Part shown: positions 14,434 to 27,637 of the stretch, in pieces
Position numbering within the stretch: position 1 is the stretch's first letter
Layout of the letters: every line of letters starts with the position of its first letter
NCBI GenBank assembly: GCA_964016885.1
Contig: OZ024752.1
Coordinates: 47,368,001 to 47,432,000, forward strand
DNA length: 64,000 nucleotides
Reading direction: 5' to 3'
Source of the DNA: Eledone cirrhosa
Taxonomy: Eukaryota
Position numbers and translations under genes: made by a program
The notes under the pieces: model-generated
What the model was told of the DNA's origin: nothing
Databases searched by the model: none
The model's input: the letters and a program-made list of their open reading frames with translations, nothing else

Positions 14434-14435
<2 letters not shown>

Positions 14436-14624
14436 CGAAGGAAATGTGGTAAGGAACCAGGTGGACCATAACGCACCAAAGTACTCAATACTTAGGGTAG
14501 TAGAGTGGGTAATAGGAACAAGTAAGACCCCGACAGCTGAGCTCAAGCCGTTTCGACGGCTAATTCTGTACTGAATTAGCCGTCGAAACGGCTTGAGCTC
14601 AGCCGTCGGGGTCCTACTCATTCC

Positions 14625-14627
<3 letters not shown>
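14434..14627 (-). mobile_element. Fold-back Penelope-like element (same family as 5984-6184)
   Basis: Arms 14512-14566 and 14573-14627; GAAACGGCTTGAGCTCAGCCGTC-GGGG. Confidence 0.7.
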
Positions 14628-14666
<39 letters not shown>

Positions 14667-14724
14667 TTGATTATCAGCACAAAATAAAAGCAAACAATAT
14701 CCGCTTTCTAAATTGTTTGCGTAT

Positions 14725-15128
14725 CCCTTTAGCATTTGCATTACTCTATATAGGTGGTGAATCGGCAGTATCGGTAGAGGGTCGGACATGCTTACCAGCA
14801 TAGAGTTACGTCCCTTTACGTTCTGGGTTCAAATCTCGCCGAGGTTAACTTTACCTTTCATCCTTACGGTGTCGATAAAATAAAGTACCAGTAATGTACT
14901 GGGTAATTGCTGGCCTTGTGCCAAAAGTAGAAACAATTACTCTATATTTACTATTATATTTTCACAGTAAAGGCTTTATCTCACATAATTTCGAATCTAT
15001 GAGGTTTTGATATTATTTACTTTGAGAACAATACCTTAACATAAGTATGAGTAGAAAGTTCTGGCCCATTTGAATAGAAAGAGATGAGAGAATTCTAGCC
15101 GGATATGGCCAGTTTAAATGCTAAAGGG
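14725..15128 (-). mobile_element. piggyBac-like MITE interrupted by SINE B
   Basis: CCCTTTAGCATTT ... AAATGCTAAAGGG-TTAA. Confidence 0.75.
14752..14935 (+). mobile_element. SINE family B with a 12-bp target-site duplication
   Basis: ATTACTCTATAT at 14740-14751 and 14936-14947. Confidence 0.9.
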
Positions 15129-16104
15129 TTAAACTTTTAATCTGTGCTAATAATAAATATTTGTTCTATGGGTTTTGAGATTTTCTTTAGAACTGCTGGA
15201 CTAACAACCTAGCAGCTACCTCAAGCACTGATGGTGATTATCGCTAAATATTGATGTTGATTTGGTTATCAATATTAATATTATTGGGCACCCACTGAAG
15301 AATTATAAGAGCCCACTTGAATAAGTATCTGTTGATCTTATACAAGCTTCTACATAAATTGGTATAATTTCACCCAACTTGTAGAAATCTTATAGTGAAA
15401 CAAGACGTCTGTCTGGGATGAGATATATTTGATATATCTCATATGAAATGTTACAGCCAATTTTTCACACAATACAATTAGTTAGCACCCCAAACGTTTA
15501 ATTAGGAATATATTCAGGTATTTCCTAATGTTTGTTGAGTGAGTTGGAATTTGGTCGGAGTATCGCTATTAGCTTTCTCCGATTATGTACTTATACTTAT
15601 ATATATATATATATGTGGTTTTGTTTTGTTTTCGCTTCTTATTTTTATAAATAATTTAGCTGACAATCATTGTTTAATAAAAATATACTGAAGTGAAAAC
15701 TACACCAAACCAAACCAAACCCAACAGTGAGTGTGTTTTACTATTTTTTGGCAAAGTTAGGATAACATGACCCTCCCCAAATATAACAATAAAGCTTTCA
15801 CATTTATTTAAATTTTCACAGCAAAACTGTGGTTTGACCTACATTAACCCTTTCTAATGAAATATATTGCTTATGATTTCCAACTAACTTTCTAATTATT
15901 AAGTTGTTTCGAACATAACTTCAAAAAATGTTCTAACAAAAAATTAAATTTAAAATTTAAACATGAACTGTTTAAATCATCATCATCATCACCATTTAAT
16001 ATCCATTTTTCCAAGCTAGCATGGTTTAGATGAACATAAATGTTTTTTCATAAGAGGGGTTGATATTAAAAGGGTTGAATTAAACATTGCTTATATAATA
16101 AACA

Positions 16105-16295
16105 TCTTCATCATCAGTTTACGTCTGCTTTTCCCTGCTTGCAAGGGTGGGACGGGTCCTATTCAGCACAGCATCTCTCCACTTGTCACAGTCCTTCGTC
16201 ATCTCTTCCATGAGTTTGAGCAATCTGAGGTCTGCTCTCACCACCTCCGCCCATATTTTTCGTGGTCTTCCTCTACTGCGTCTTCCTTCTAATGA
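16105..16295 (-). mobile_element. RTE-clade LINE (family 2) extreme 3' end
   Basis: LEGRRSRGRPRKIWAEVVRADLRLLKLMEEMTKDCDKWRDAV; (TGA)n tail; small homologous fragment at 10543-10591. Confidence 0.8.
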
Positions 16296-16419
16296 AAATT
16301 CATAGTCAGTGTCTTTCATTAAAAATATGATAAAGATGCCTTAAAATTATTAACCTTTGGCAAATATAGACTGGGTCAGAAAGAGTTGATGTCATTAAAC
16401 TAATGTTTATTGGCTGTTT

Positions 16420-16692
16420 TGTCTCTAACTTGTAACACTTTCCTGTTGGTAATTCAACACTACTGACCAAATCTTTGCCCATCTTCCTCTCCTAGCTTCC
16501 ATTATATCTTGTCTCTAGCTTGTAATACTTTCCTGTTGGTAAATCAACAATGGTGACCATATCTTTGTCTATATTCTGACTTCCATTATATCTTGTCTCT
16601 AACTTGTAATACGTTCTTGTTGGTAAATCAACAATGGTGACCAAATCTTTGCCCATCTTCTCTCCTCCTAGCTTCCATTATATCTCGTCTCT
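16420..16692. repeat. ~90-bp tandem repeat, 3 degenerate copies
   Basis: TGTCTCTAACTTGTAA...GTTGGTAAATCAACA...CTTCCATTATATCT recurs. Confidence 0.8.
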
Positions 16693-17609
16693 CTCTTCCT
16701 CCATAAACAACAAGAAGCTCTTTTTTTTTTTATGGCACAGATATAACATAATAAATATGCTAGCTAATCAGACATGACACTTATTTTATGAAATGATATT
16801 CAGTTATTCAGCATGTTCACATTGATATTATTGAAATTGCTAAGAACATCCTGGTTTATTTAATATATTTTCTACTAGCCACTGACTAAATTATGAAAAC
16901 CAGCTACATTGGAGTTGATTTATTTATTTATTCATTTATATTTCTTTGACAGAAAAATGTATTTGATTGAAATTGAGAAATTTCTTCAAATAAATTTTTA
17001 AAAGGAAGAATTTTCCTCAAATAAATTTCTGCAACTGTTTTAATATGTTCATCAAGCAGTAAATAAATAAATAAATAAAATAATATAACTTTAATGATTT
17101 TTTATTTTTAAATGTACGTTTTTGTGTTCTATGTACAGAATATTTAACTGAAGTCATACAAAATATATTTGCAGTTTCAAATGAAAATTATTTCAATTTT
17201 CATTCATTTTATCAGTTAAAAACATTTTACCTAAATTTTTTTTAAAGATTTCGCTTTGTTTTTTGAAAATTAAAAAAAAAATTTTTGATTTGATTTTTTT
17301 TGATTTTTATTTATGGGGGGGGATTTCTTTTAAAATTCATTTTATTTTGTTTTAACTTTTTAATTTTTAATGTTGTCTTGTTACTTGGTTTAGGTTTGGG
17401 TTTGTGTTTTTGTTTGTTGTATTCTTTTTTTGAGGGGGAGGGGGGTGTTAATATTTTAGCAATTATAATTCTTGAATGTTTTAAAAATATTTAAGAAATC
17501 CTAAAGAAAGTGATTTCCAAATTATTAAGGACCACTTTTTGACCCTTTCACAATAAAATTAACAACAACAAAAAAAAAAAACAAACAAATGTACTACATA
17601 TCTAAACAA

Positions 17610-18190
17610 AATCATCATCATCATTCTCATCCCCATCATCAACCTCATTCTCATTGTCATCATCATCATCATCATCTTCATAACTATTTTGGCATCATCA
17701 TCATTATCATCATCATTATCATCACCATCATCATTATCATCATCATCATTATCCTCATCATTATCATCACCATCATTATTACCATCATCATCATCATCAT
17801 TACCAGCAACATCATTATCATCACCATCATCATCATCACTATCATCATTACCATCATCACCATCATTATCATCATCATCATCACCATCATTATTACCATC
17901 ATCATCATTACCAGCATCATCATCATCACTATCATCATTACCATCATCACCATCATCACCATCATCACCATCATCATTACCATCATCATCATTACCACCA
18001 TCATCATCACCATCACCATCATCACCATCACCATCACCACCATCATCATTACCACCATCACCATCATCATCATCATCATCATCATCACCACCACCATCAC
18101 CATCATCATCATCATCATCATCATCATTACCGCCATCATCATCATCATCATCATCATCATTACCGCCATCACCATCATCATCATCATCAT
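17610..18190. repeat. (CAT)n microsatellite
   Basis: Direct reading. Confidence 0.9.
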
Positions 18191-18298
18191 CTATTTCATT
18201 TTGTCGCAGAATTAAAAAAAAAATATGAAAACCGTGAACGGAAGCATAAAGTCACTCTGAAACTCTGAAATTCCAATATGGAGGTATTCCACAAAAAA

Positions 18299-18338
<40 letters not shown>

Positions 18339-18859
18339 TTAAAAAAAAAAAAATTTAAACAAAAATTTGTGAAAAATAAATAAATATATAAATTGATTTA
18401 TTGAAAAACAACAACAACAACAACAAAAAACAAATAAAAACCCCCCAAAAAACCGCCCAAAAAACAAAAAAAAACAGTTGATTTGAATTTTTCTACCTAA
18501 TTTGCATATTCTTCAGCCTTGAAACCACAAGTTTTTGTTGTTTTTTGAAAAATGGTAATATGCAAAGTAGATTGCATAATTGGTAACTGTTCCTCCCACT
18601 CTAAATCTTTTTCTTCCTCCTCCTCTTCCTCCTCCTCCTCCTCCTATCCAATCTGCCCTTCTCCCCCCCCCCCCCCCCCGCACCTCGTTTTGCAATACAT
18701 ATTGTTGCTGGTCAGAAGAGGAGAAGGTAGAGCAAGAGGTTGCAGGCCAATGGGGGGGGGGGGGGGGATGGTGAAAGAGAGATGGTGGGGGTGGGGGTGG
18801 GTGGAGTGGGGGTGAGGTTGATATTGGTGGTGAAATTAGGAGGAGATAGATGGGTCATT

Positions 18860-19460
18860 TTGGTGTTGTTGTTGTTGTTGTTGTGGCTGTCACTTTGTTG
18901 TTGTTGTTGTTATTGTTGTCATTTTGTTATTGTTGCTGTTGTTGTTGTTGTTGTAGTTGTTACCTTTGTTGTTGTTGTTGTTGCTGTTATTGTTGCTGTT
19001 GTTGTTGCTGTTGTAGTTGTTGTTGTGGCTGTTGTTGCTGTTGTTGCTATTGTTGTGGTCTTGGTTGTTGCTGTTGTTGTTATTGTTGCTGTTGTAGTTG
19101 TAGTTGTTGTGGTGTTGCTGTTGCTGTTGTTGAAGTTGTTGTTGTTGTTGCTGCTGTTGTTGTAGTTAATGTTGTTGTGGTCTTGGTTGTTGCTGTTATT
19201 GTTGTTGTTGTTGCTGTTGTAGCTGTAGTTGTTGTTGCTGTTGTTGCTGTTGTTGTTGTCTTGGTTGTTGCTGTTGTTGTTGTAGTTGTTGTTATGGTCT
19301 TGGTTGTTGCTGTTGTTGTTATTGTTGCTGTTGCTGTGGTTGTTGTTGCTGTTGTTGTTATTGTTGCTGTTGTTGTGGTTGTTGCTGCTGTTGTGGCTGT
19401 TGTTGTTGTTATTGTTGTTGTGGTGTTGCTGTTGCTGTTGTTGGTGTTGTTGTTGTTGGT
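18860..19460. repeat. (GTT)n microsatellite
   Basis: Direct reading. Confidence 0.9.
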
Positions 19461-19825
19461 GGTTTATACTACTGTTGGTAGCTTATTTTTTTTGGGGGGG
19501 GGGAGATGCATGTATCTCTCTGTAGGTCTACCTATCTCCCACTCTCTCTCTCTCTGTCGGCCTACCTATCTCTGTAGTCCTACCTATCTCTCACCCTATC
19601 TCTGTAGGCCTATCTATCTCTCACCCTCTCTCTGTAAGCCTACCTATCTCTCACCCTCTCTTTGTCGACCTACCTATCTCTCTCACTCTCTGTCTGTCGG
19701 CCTACCTATCTCTCACTCTCTCTCTCTCTGTTGGCCTATCTCTCTCTCTCATTCTCTCTCTGTAGTCCTACCTATCTCTCACCCTCTCCCTGCTGGCCTA
19801 CCTATCTCTCTCACTCTCTATTCAT

Positions 19826-20405
19826 CATTGTTAAAGATTTTATGTAAAACCCCGCCGTCACGTCTTGTAATGTCCCATTTTTGTACGCCCCTGTGGCAAA
19901 TAAAGAAAGATATCTAAAGAAGGTCCTATCTATCTATCTATCTATCTATCTATCCCCTATTGGGGATTTCGATTGTTATATTTGTTTGTTTCATATTTTT
20001 ACACGATTGTATGTAAAATCCCCGGCATGTCTTTGTTTCGTCCCCTTTTCTTGTGCGCCCTTGTGGCTAATAAAGAAATCTATCTATCTACCTGTAGGTT
20101 GAAGAAATCTTTCTATCTACCTGTAGGTTTAAGAAGAGAGCAAAAGGAAGAAAGGAGCACTTGCACAACATGCTCCTGGAGTTGAGGGTTGTTCTATCTA
20201 TGGGGTATAAAACAACCCATTTGTAACGCCTCCCCCTATCGGGGATTTCGATTGTTGAATTTGTATGTTAAAATTTTTTTACACTATGGTATGTAAAATC
20301 CCCACCATGTCTTTGTATCTATTGTCCCCTTTTCTTGTGAGCCCTTGTGGCAAATAAAGAAATATATCTATCTATCTACCTATTTATCTATCTATCTACC
20401 TATCT
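19826..20405 (+). mobile_element. Three clustered retroelement-like 3' ends in (TATC)n
   Basis: ATGTAAAA..CCC..GTCCC..TTTT..GCCCYTGTGGC.AATAAAGAAA followed by TATC repeats, three times; family not identified. Confidence 0.5.
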
Positions 20406-20424
20406 ACGTATGTATCTAAAGAAG

Positions 20425-21196
20425 TTCTCGTCCTCCTCCTTGCTTTTTTCTTTTGCTGGGTCACCTCTTTCTCTTCCCCTTACTTTCACCTTACCACCAC
20501 CACCACCACCACCACTACTATTGTCTTTCACCTCCTCCTTCTCCCCTCTTTACCCATCATATTCCTTCTTCTCTCCCAACATATTCCACTTTTCCTCTTC
20601 TTTCTCACTCCTAGCTTTTCTCTTTCTTTCTTTCATTCATTCATTAATTCTTTCTTCCTAATTCTTTCTCCTCTCTCTTTCCTCTTCATCCCCTTTTCCT
20701 TCATAAGGGCCTATCATCTCTTATTTTTAAACCCTGCCCCCTATCTCGTTTTGTTCCCCCCTCTTAACACATATCCTTTCTTTTGCTTCCTCTGCCTTCT
20801 ACTTTTCCTCCCCCTCTTCCTCTTTCTGCCCCTTCCTCTTTCTCTTGGCCTTTTAAAGAACCCCCCCCCTACTCTTCATCACATCTTCCTCTGTCTCTTT
20901 CTTTCTCTCTCTTCTTTTCACCCCTCCTTCTACTCTTCCTCCCCTTCTTCCTCTCTCTCTTTCCACTCCCCCCTCTTCCTCTTTTACAGTCTCTCCCTTC
21001 TTTTCACTCCCCCTTCTCATCTTCCCCCCTCTCTCTCTTCTTTCCACTCCCCTTTCTACTCTTCCTCCTCCTTCCCTTAATCTTTGCTCTCTTTCCTCAA
21101 CCCACCCCCTACTACACTTCTGTTTAGCTATCTGTTTGTCTCCCTCCTCCTTCTTCTCTTTGGTCTTTGCTATCTATTCTCCTTCCACCCTCACTA

Positions 21197-21232
<36 letters not shown>

Positions 21233-22360
21233 CCTGTCTCTTTTCTCCTTCCTCTCATTCACTTGGTCTTTATTATCTTCTCCTCCTATCCCTCACTCAC
21301 GTTTTCTATCTCTCTCTCAATCTAGTTATCTCTCTCTCTCTATCTAGTTATCTCTCTCTCTCTCTCTCTATCTAGTTATATCTCTCTCTCTCTCTATCTA
21401 TTTCTCTCTCTCTCTCTATCTCTCTCTCATTACACGTTTTCTATCTATCTCTTTCCTTCTCCTTCTCTTGGTCTTTGCTACCCCCCCCATCCCTCTCTAT
21501 ATTTCTGTCTATCTGTCACCTTCCTCCCTCCCCCCCTTGCTCTTTACTATCTTTCCTCCTCCTATACCTCACCACACCTCTCTATCTATCTATCCTATCT
21601 ATCACCTCTCCCCTCCTCCTCCCCCCACTCCTTCACTTGGTCTTTACAATCTGTTCTCTCACCACACTTCTGTCTGTCTGTCTGTCTCCTCTCTCCCCTT
21701 CCTCATCTGCTTCTCCCCCCTCCTCCCTTTTCTCTCTAATCTTTATATTCCCCCTCCTCTACTTCCACCACCACCACCTCATGTTTCCTCTACTCTCCCC
21801 CTCCTCCCAACCCAGTCTCTGACCAGCTCTCATTTCTTAACTCCTGCCATTCCTCTCTCTAGGCCTCCACCCTTCTCTCATCTCTTACCTCTTACTGCAC
21901 CCCCCCTCTTTCTCTCTAGACCTTCACCCTTCTCTCATCTCACACCTCTTACTGTCTCCCCCCTCTATCAGCTTCACCCCTTTCCCTAATCTCTCACCTC
22001 GCTCTCTCAGCCATCCTCCCTCTCTCTCTCATCTCTTCTTACTCTCTCCCCTCTCTCTCATGTCCAACCTCTCACTGTGCCCCTCTCTCTCATCTCTCAC
22101 TTCTTACTCTCTCCCCTCTCTCTCATGTCCAACCTCTTACTGTCCCCCTCTCTCTCATCTCTCACTTCTTACTCTCTCCCCTCTCTCTCATGTCCAACCT
22201 CTTACTGTCCCCCTCTCTCTCAGCCATTCCCTCTCTCTCTCTCTCATCTCTAACCTCTTACTCTCGCTCTCTCACAGCCTCCACCCTTCTTTCATTACTC
22301 ACCTCTCACCATTCCTCCTGTCCTTTACCCTCCAAGCCATCTTAGTCCTTTTTTTTTCTT
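20425..22360. repeat. Pyrimidine-rich (CT) low-complexity tract
   Basis: Almost G-free plus strand. Confidence 0.85.
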
Positions 22361-22744
22361 GACTATGTCATCATCTCTGTGGCAACCATTGTTAGTACAG
22401 TCCTTATTATTAGTCTTGATGGTGATGGTGTAGTTGATGGTGGTGATGGTGTAGTTGATGGTGATGGTGGTGGTGATGGTGGTGATGGTGATGGTGTAGT
22501 TGATGGTGATGGTGGTGGTGATCGTGGTGATGATGATGATGTAGTTGATGGTGATAGTGATGGTGTAGTTGGTGATGGTGATGGTGTAGTTGATGGTGAT
22601 GGTGATAGTGATGCTGATGGTGATGATGATGATGATGTTGGCAGTGGTAATAGTAGTAGTAGTAGTCGTAGTAGTAGTAGTGGTGGTGGCAGTGGTGTTG
22701 GTAATTTGGGTTGTTCCTTGGTCTTGGTGGGTGCTGAGAGGTTT

Positions 22745-25700
22745 GGTCATAGTCATAGTGGTGGAGGTGGTGGTGGTCATAGTCATAGTGGTGGAGGTGG
22801 TTTGGTCATAGTCATAGTGGTGGAGGTGGTGGTGGTGGTGGTGGTCATAGTCATAGTGGTGGAGGTGGTGGTGGTCATAGTCATAGTGGTGGAGGTGGTG
22901 GTGGTCATAGTCATAGTGGTGGTGGTGGTTATAGTCATAGTGGTGGAGGTGGTGGTGGTCATAGTCATAGTGGTGGAGGTGGTATTGGTCATAGTCATAG
23001 TGGAGGTGGTGGTGGTCAGTCATAGTGGAGGTGGTGGTGGTCATAGTCAGAGTGGAGGTGGTGGTGGTCATAGTGGTGGAGGTGGTGGTGGTCATAGTCA
23101 GAGTGGTGGAGGTGGTGGTGGTCATAGTCATAGTGGTGGAGGTGGTATTGGTCATAGTCATAGTGGTGGAGGTGGTATTGGTCATAGTCATAGTGGTGGA
23201 GATGGTGGTGGTCATAGTCATAGTGGTGGAGGTGGTGGTGGTCATAGTCATAGTGGTGGAGGTGGTGGTGGTCATAGTCATAGTGGTGGTGATGGTGGTC
23301 ATAGTGGTGGAGGTGGTGGTGGTCATAGTCAGAGTGGTGGAGGTGGTGGTGGTCATAGTCATAGTAGTGGTGGAGGTGGTATTGGTCATAGTCATAGTGG
23401 TGGAGGTGGTATTGGTCATAGTCATAGTGGTGGAGGTGGTGGTGGTCATAGTCATAGTGGTGGAGGTGGTGGTGGTCATAGTCATAGTGGTGGAGCTGGT
23501 GGTGGTCATAGTCATAGTAGTGGAGGTGGTGGTGGTCATAGTCATAGTGGTGGAGGTTGTGGTGGTCATAGTCATAGTGGTGGAGGTGGTGGTGGTCATA
23601 GTCATAGTGGTGGAGGTGGTGGTGGTCATAGTCATAGTGGTGGAGGTGGTGGTGGTCAGTCATAGTGGTGGAGGTGGTGGTGGTCATAGTCATAGTGGTG
23701 GAGGTGGTGGTGGTCATAGTCATAGTGGTGGAGGTGGTGGTGGTCATAGTCATAGTGGTGGAGCTGGTGGTGGTCATAGTCATAGTAGTGGAGGTGGTGG
23801 TGGTCATAGTGGTGGTGGTGGTGGTGGTCATAGTCATAGTTGTGGAGGTGGTGGTGGTCATAGTCATAGTGGTGGAGGTGGTGGTGGTGGTCATAGTCAT
23901 AGTGGTGGAGGTGGTGGTGGTCATAGTCATAGTGGTGGAGGTGGTGGTGGTCATAGTCATAGTGGTGGAGGTGGTGGTGGTCATAGTCATAGTGGTGGAG
24001 GTGGTGGTGGTCATAGTCATAGTAGTGGAGGTGGTGGTGGTCATAGTCATAGTGGTGGAGGTGGTGGTGGTCATAGTCATAGTTGTGGAGGTGGTGGTGG
24101 TCATAGTCATAGTGGTGGAGGTGGTGGTGGTCATAGTCATAGTTGTGGAGGTGGTGCTGGTCATAGTCATAGTGGTGGAGGTGGTGGTGGTCATAGTCAT
24201 AGTGGTGGAGGTGGTGGTGGTGGTCATAGTCATAGTTGTGGAGGTGGTGGTCATAGTCATAGTGGTGGAGGTGGTGGTGGTGGTCAGTCATAGTGGTGGA
24301 GGTGGTGGTGGTGGTCATAGTCATAGTTGTGGAGGTGGTGGTGGTCATAGTCATAGTGGTGGAGGTGGTGGTGGTCATAGTCATAGTGGTGGAGGTGGTG
24401 GTGGTGGTCATAGTCATAGTTGTGGAGGTGGTGGTGGTCATAGTCATAGTGGTGGAGGTGGTGGTGGTGGTCATAGTCATAGTGGTGGAGGTGGTGGTGG
24501 TGGTCATAGTCATAGTGGTGGAGGTGGTGGTGGTGGTCATAGTCATAGTGGTGGAGGTGGTGGTGGTGGTCATAGTCATAGTTGTGGAGGTGGTGGTGGT
24601 CATAGTCATAGTGGTGGAGGTGGTGGTGGTGGTCATAGTCATAGTGGTGGAGGTGGTGGTGGTGGTCATAGTCATAGTGGTGGAGGTGGTGGTGGTGGTC
24701 ATAGTCATAGTGGTGGAGGTGGTGGTGGTGGTCATAGTCATAGTTGTGGAGGTGGTGGTGGTCATAGTCATAGTGGTGGAGGTGGTGGTGGTCATAGTCA
24801 TAGTGGTGGAGGTGGTGGTGGTCATAGTCATAGTGGTGGAGGTGGTGGTGGTCATAGTCATAGTGGTGGAGCTGGTGGTGGTCATAGTCATAGTGGTGGA
24901 GGTGGTATTGGTCATAGTCATAGTTGTGGAGGTGGTGGTGGTCATAGTCATAGTGGTGGAGGTGGTGGTAAGTCATAGTGGTGGAGGTGGTGGTGGTCAT
25001 AGTCATAGTGGTGGAGGTGGTGGTCAGTCATAGTGGTGGAGGTGGTGGTGGTCATAGTCATAGTGGTGGTCATAGTCATAGTAGTGGAGGTGGTGGTGGT
25101 CATAGTCATAGTGGTGGAGGTGGTGGTGGTCATAGTCATAGTGGTGGAGGTGGTGGTGGTCATAGTCATAGTGGTGGAGGTGGTGGTGGTCATAGTCATA
25201 GTGGTGGAGGTGGTATTGGTCATAGTCATAGTGGAGGTGGTGGTGGTCAGTCATAGTGGTGGAGGTGGTGGTGGTCATAGTCAGAGTGGTGGAGGTGGTG
25301 GTGGTCATAGTCATAGTGGTGGAGGTGGTATTGGTCATAGTCATAGTGGTGGAGGTGGTGGTGGTCATAGTCATAGTGGTGGAGCTGGTGGTGGTCATAG
25401 TCAGAGTGGTGGAGGTGGTGGTGGTCATAGTCATAGTGGTGGAGGTGGTGGTGGTGGTCATAGTCATAGTGATGGAGGTGGTATTGGTCATAGTCATAGT
25501 GGTGGAGCTGGTGGTGGTCATAGTCAGAGTGGTGGAGGTGGTGGTGGTCATAGTCATAGTGGTGGAGGTGGTGGTGGTCATAGTCAGAGTGGTGGAGGTG
25601 GTGGTGGTCATAGTCATAGTGGTGGAGGTGGTGGTGGTGGTCATAGTCATAGTGGTGGAGGTCATAGTCATAGTGGTGGAGGTGGTGGTGGTCATAGTCA

Positions 25701-26462
25701 TAGTGGTGGAGGTGGTGGTGGTCATAGTCATAGTGGTGGAGGTGGAGGTGGTCATAGTCATAGTGGTGGAGGTGGTGGTGGTCATAGTCATAGTGGTGGA
25801 GGTGGTATTGGTCATAGTCATAGTGGTGGAGGTGGTGGTGGTCATAGTCATAGTGGTGGAGGTGGTGGTGGTGGTCATAGTCATAGTGGTGGAGGTCATA
25901 GTCATAGTGGTGGAGGTGGTGGTGGTCATAGTCATAGTGGTGGAGGTGGTGCTGGTCATAGTCATAGTGGTGGAGGTGGTGGTGGTCATAGTCATAGTGG
26001 TGGAGGTGGTGGTCATAGTCATAGTGGTGGAGGTGGTGGTGGTCATAGTCATAGTGGTGGAGGTGGTGGTGGTCATAGTCATAGTGGTGGAGGTGGTGGT
26101 GGTCATAGTCATAGTTGTGGAGGTGGTATTGGTCATAGTCATAGTGGTGGAGGTGGTGGTGGTCATAGTCATAGTGGTGGAGGTGGTGGTGGTCATAGTC
26201 ATAGTAGTGGAGGTGGTGGTGGTCATAGTCATAGTGGTGGAGGTGGTGGTGGTCATAGTCATAGTTGTGGAGGTGGTGGTGGTCATAGTCATAGTGGTGG
26301 AGGTGGTGGTGGTCATAGTCATAGTGGTGGAGGTGGTGGTGGTCATAGTCATAGTAGTGGAGGTGGTGGTGGTCATAGTCATAGTGGTGGAGGTGGTGGT
26401 GGTCATAGTCATAATGGTGGAGGTGGTGGTGGTCATAGTCATAGTGGTGGAGGTGGTGGTGG
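22745..26462. repeat. 30-bp minisatellite (GGTCATAGTCATAGTGGTGGAGGTGGTGGT), about 3.7 kb
   Basis: Direct reading; variable GGT count and recurrent 2-nt deletions. Confidence 0.95.
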
Positions 26463-26704
26463 CCATGCGGTGGTGGTGGCCATGCGGTGGTGGTGGTGGT
26501 GTTGGGGAGAACAGCAGTATTGGTGATGGCTGCTTTGGTAGGGAGGGGGGCAGGTATTATTGGTAAAGGTGGTGGTGGTAGTAGTGATGGTGGCAGTGTT
26601 GGTGTTGGTAGGAGTGACAGCAGTATTTGTGGTGGTGGGAGTGGTGGGGATATTAGCAGTATTGGTGGTGGTGGGAGTGGTGGGGATAGCAGTATTGGTG
26701 GTGG

Positions 26705-27260
26705 TGTTGGTGTTGGTAGGAGTGAAGCAGTATTGGTGATGCTGGTGTTGGTGTGAGTGAAGCAGTATTGGTGTTGGTGGTGTTTTAAGTTGGTAGGAGT
26801 GAAGCAGTATTGGTGGTGATGGTGCTGGTGTTAGTGTTGGTAGGAGTGAAGCAGTATTGGTGTTGGTGGTGGTGGTGTTGGTGTTGGTAGGAGCGAAGCA
26901 GTATTGGTGGTGGTGGTGGTGGTGGTGCTGGTGTTGGTAGGAGTGAAGCAGTATTGGTGGCGATGGTGCTGGTGTTAGTGTTGGTAGGAGTGAAGCAGTG
27001 TTGGTGGCGATGGTGCTGGTGTTAGTGTTGGTAGGAGTGAAGCAGTGTTGGTGGCGATGGTGCTGGTGTTAGTGTTGGTAGGAGTGAAGCATATTGGTGT
27101 TGGTGGTGGTGTTGGTGTTAGTAGGAGTGAAGCAGTATTGGTGGCGATGGTGCTGGTGTTAGTGTTGGTAGGAGTGAAGCAGTGGTGTTGGTGTTGGTAG
27201 GAGTGAAGCAGTATTGGTGGCGATGGTGCTGGTGTTAGTGTTGGTAAGAGTGAAGCATTA
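26705..27260. repeat. ~47-bp minisatellite containing GTTGGTAGGAGTGAAGCAGTATTGGTGG
   Basis: Direct reading. Confidence 0.85.
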
Positions 27261-27637
27261 TTGGTGGCGATGGTGTTAGTAGGAGCGACAGCAGTATTGG
27301 TGTTGGTGGTGTTGGTGGTGTTGGTGATTGTAGCAGTATTGGTGGTGTTGGTGTTGGTGACTGTAGCAGTATTGGTGGTGGTGGTGGTGATTGTAGCATT
27401 ATTGGTGGTGGTGTTGGTGGTGATTGTAGCAGTATTGGTGATGGTGGTGGTGTTGGTGGTGATGATTGTAGCTGTAAAGGTGGTAATGGTGGTAGTGGCA
27501 ATGGCGGTGTTGGTGTTAGATGTAATAGCAGTGGCGAAGGTGTTGTTGATAGTAGCAGTATTGGAGTTAGCGCTGGTAGAGTTGTTGCTGGAGACAGTGA
27601 CAGTAGTAGTACCACTGGTGTCATTGGTGGCGATCAT

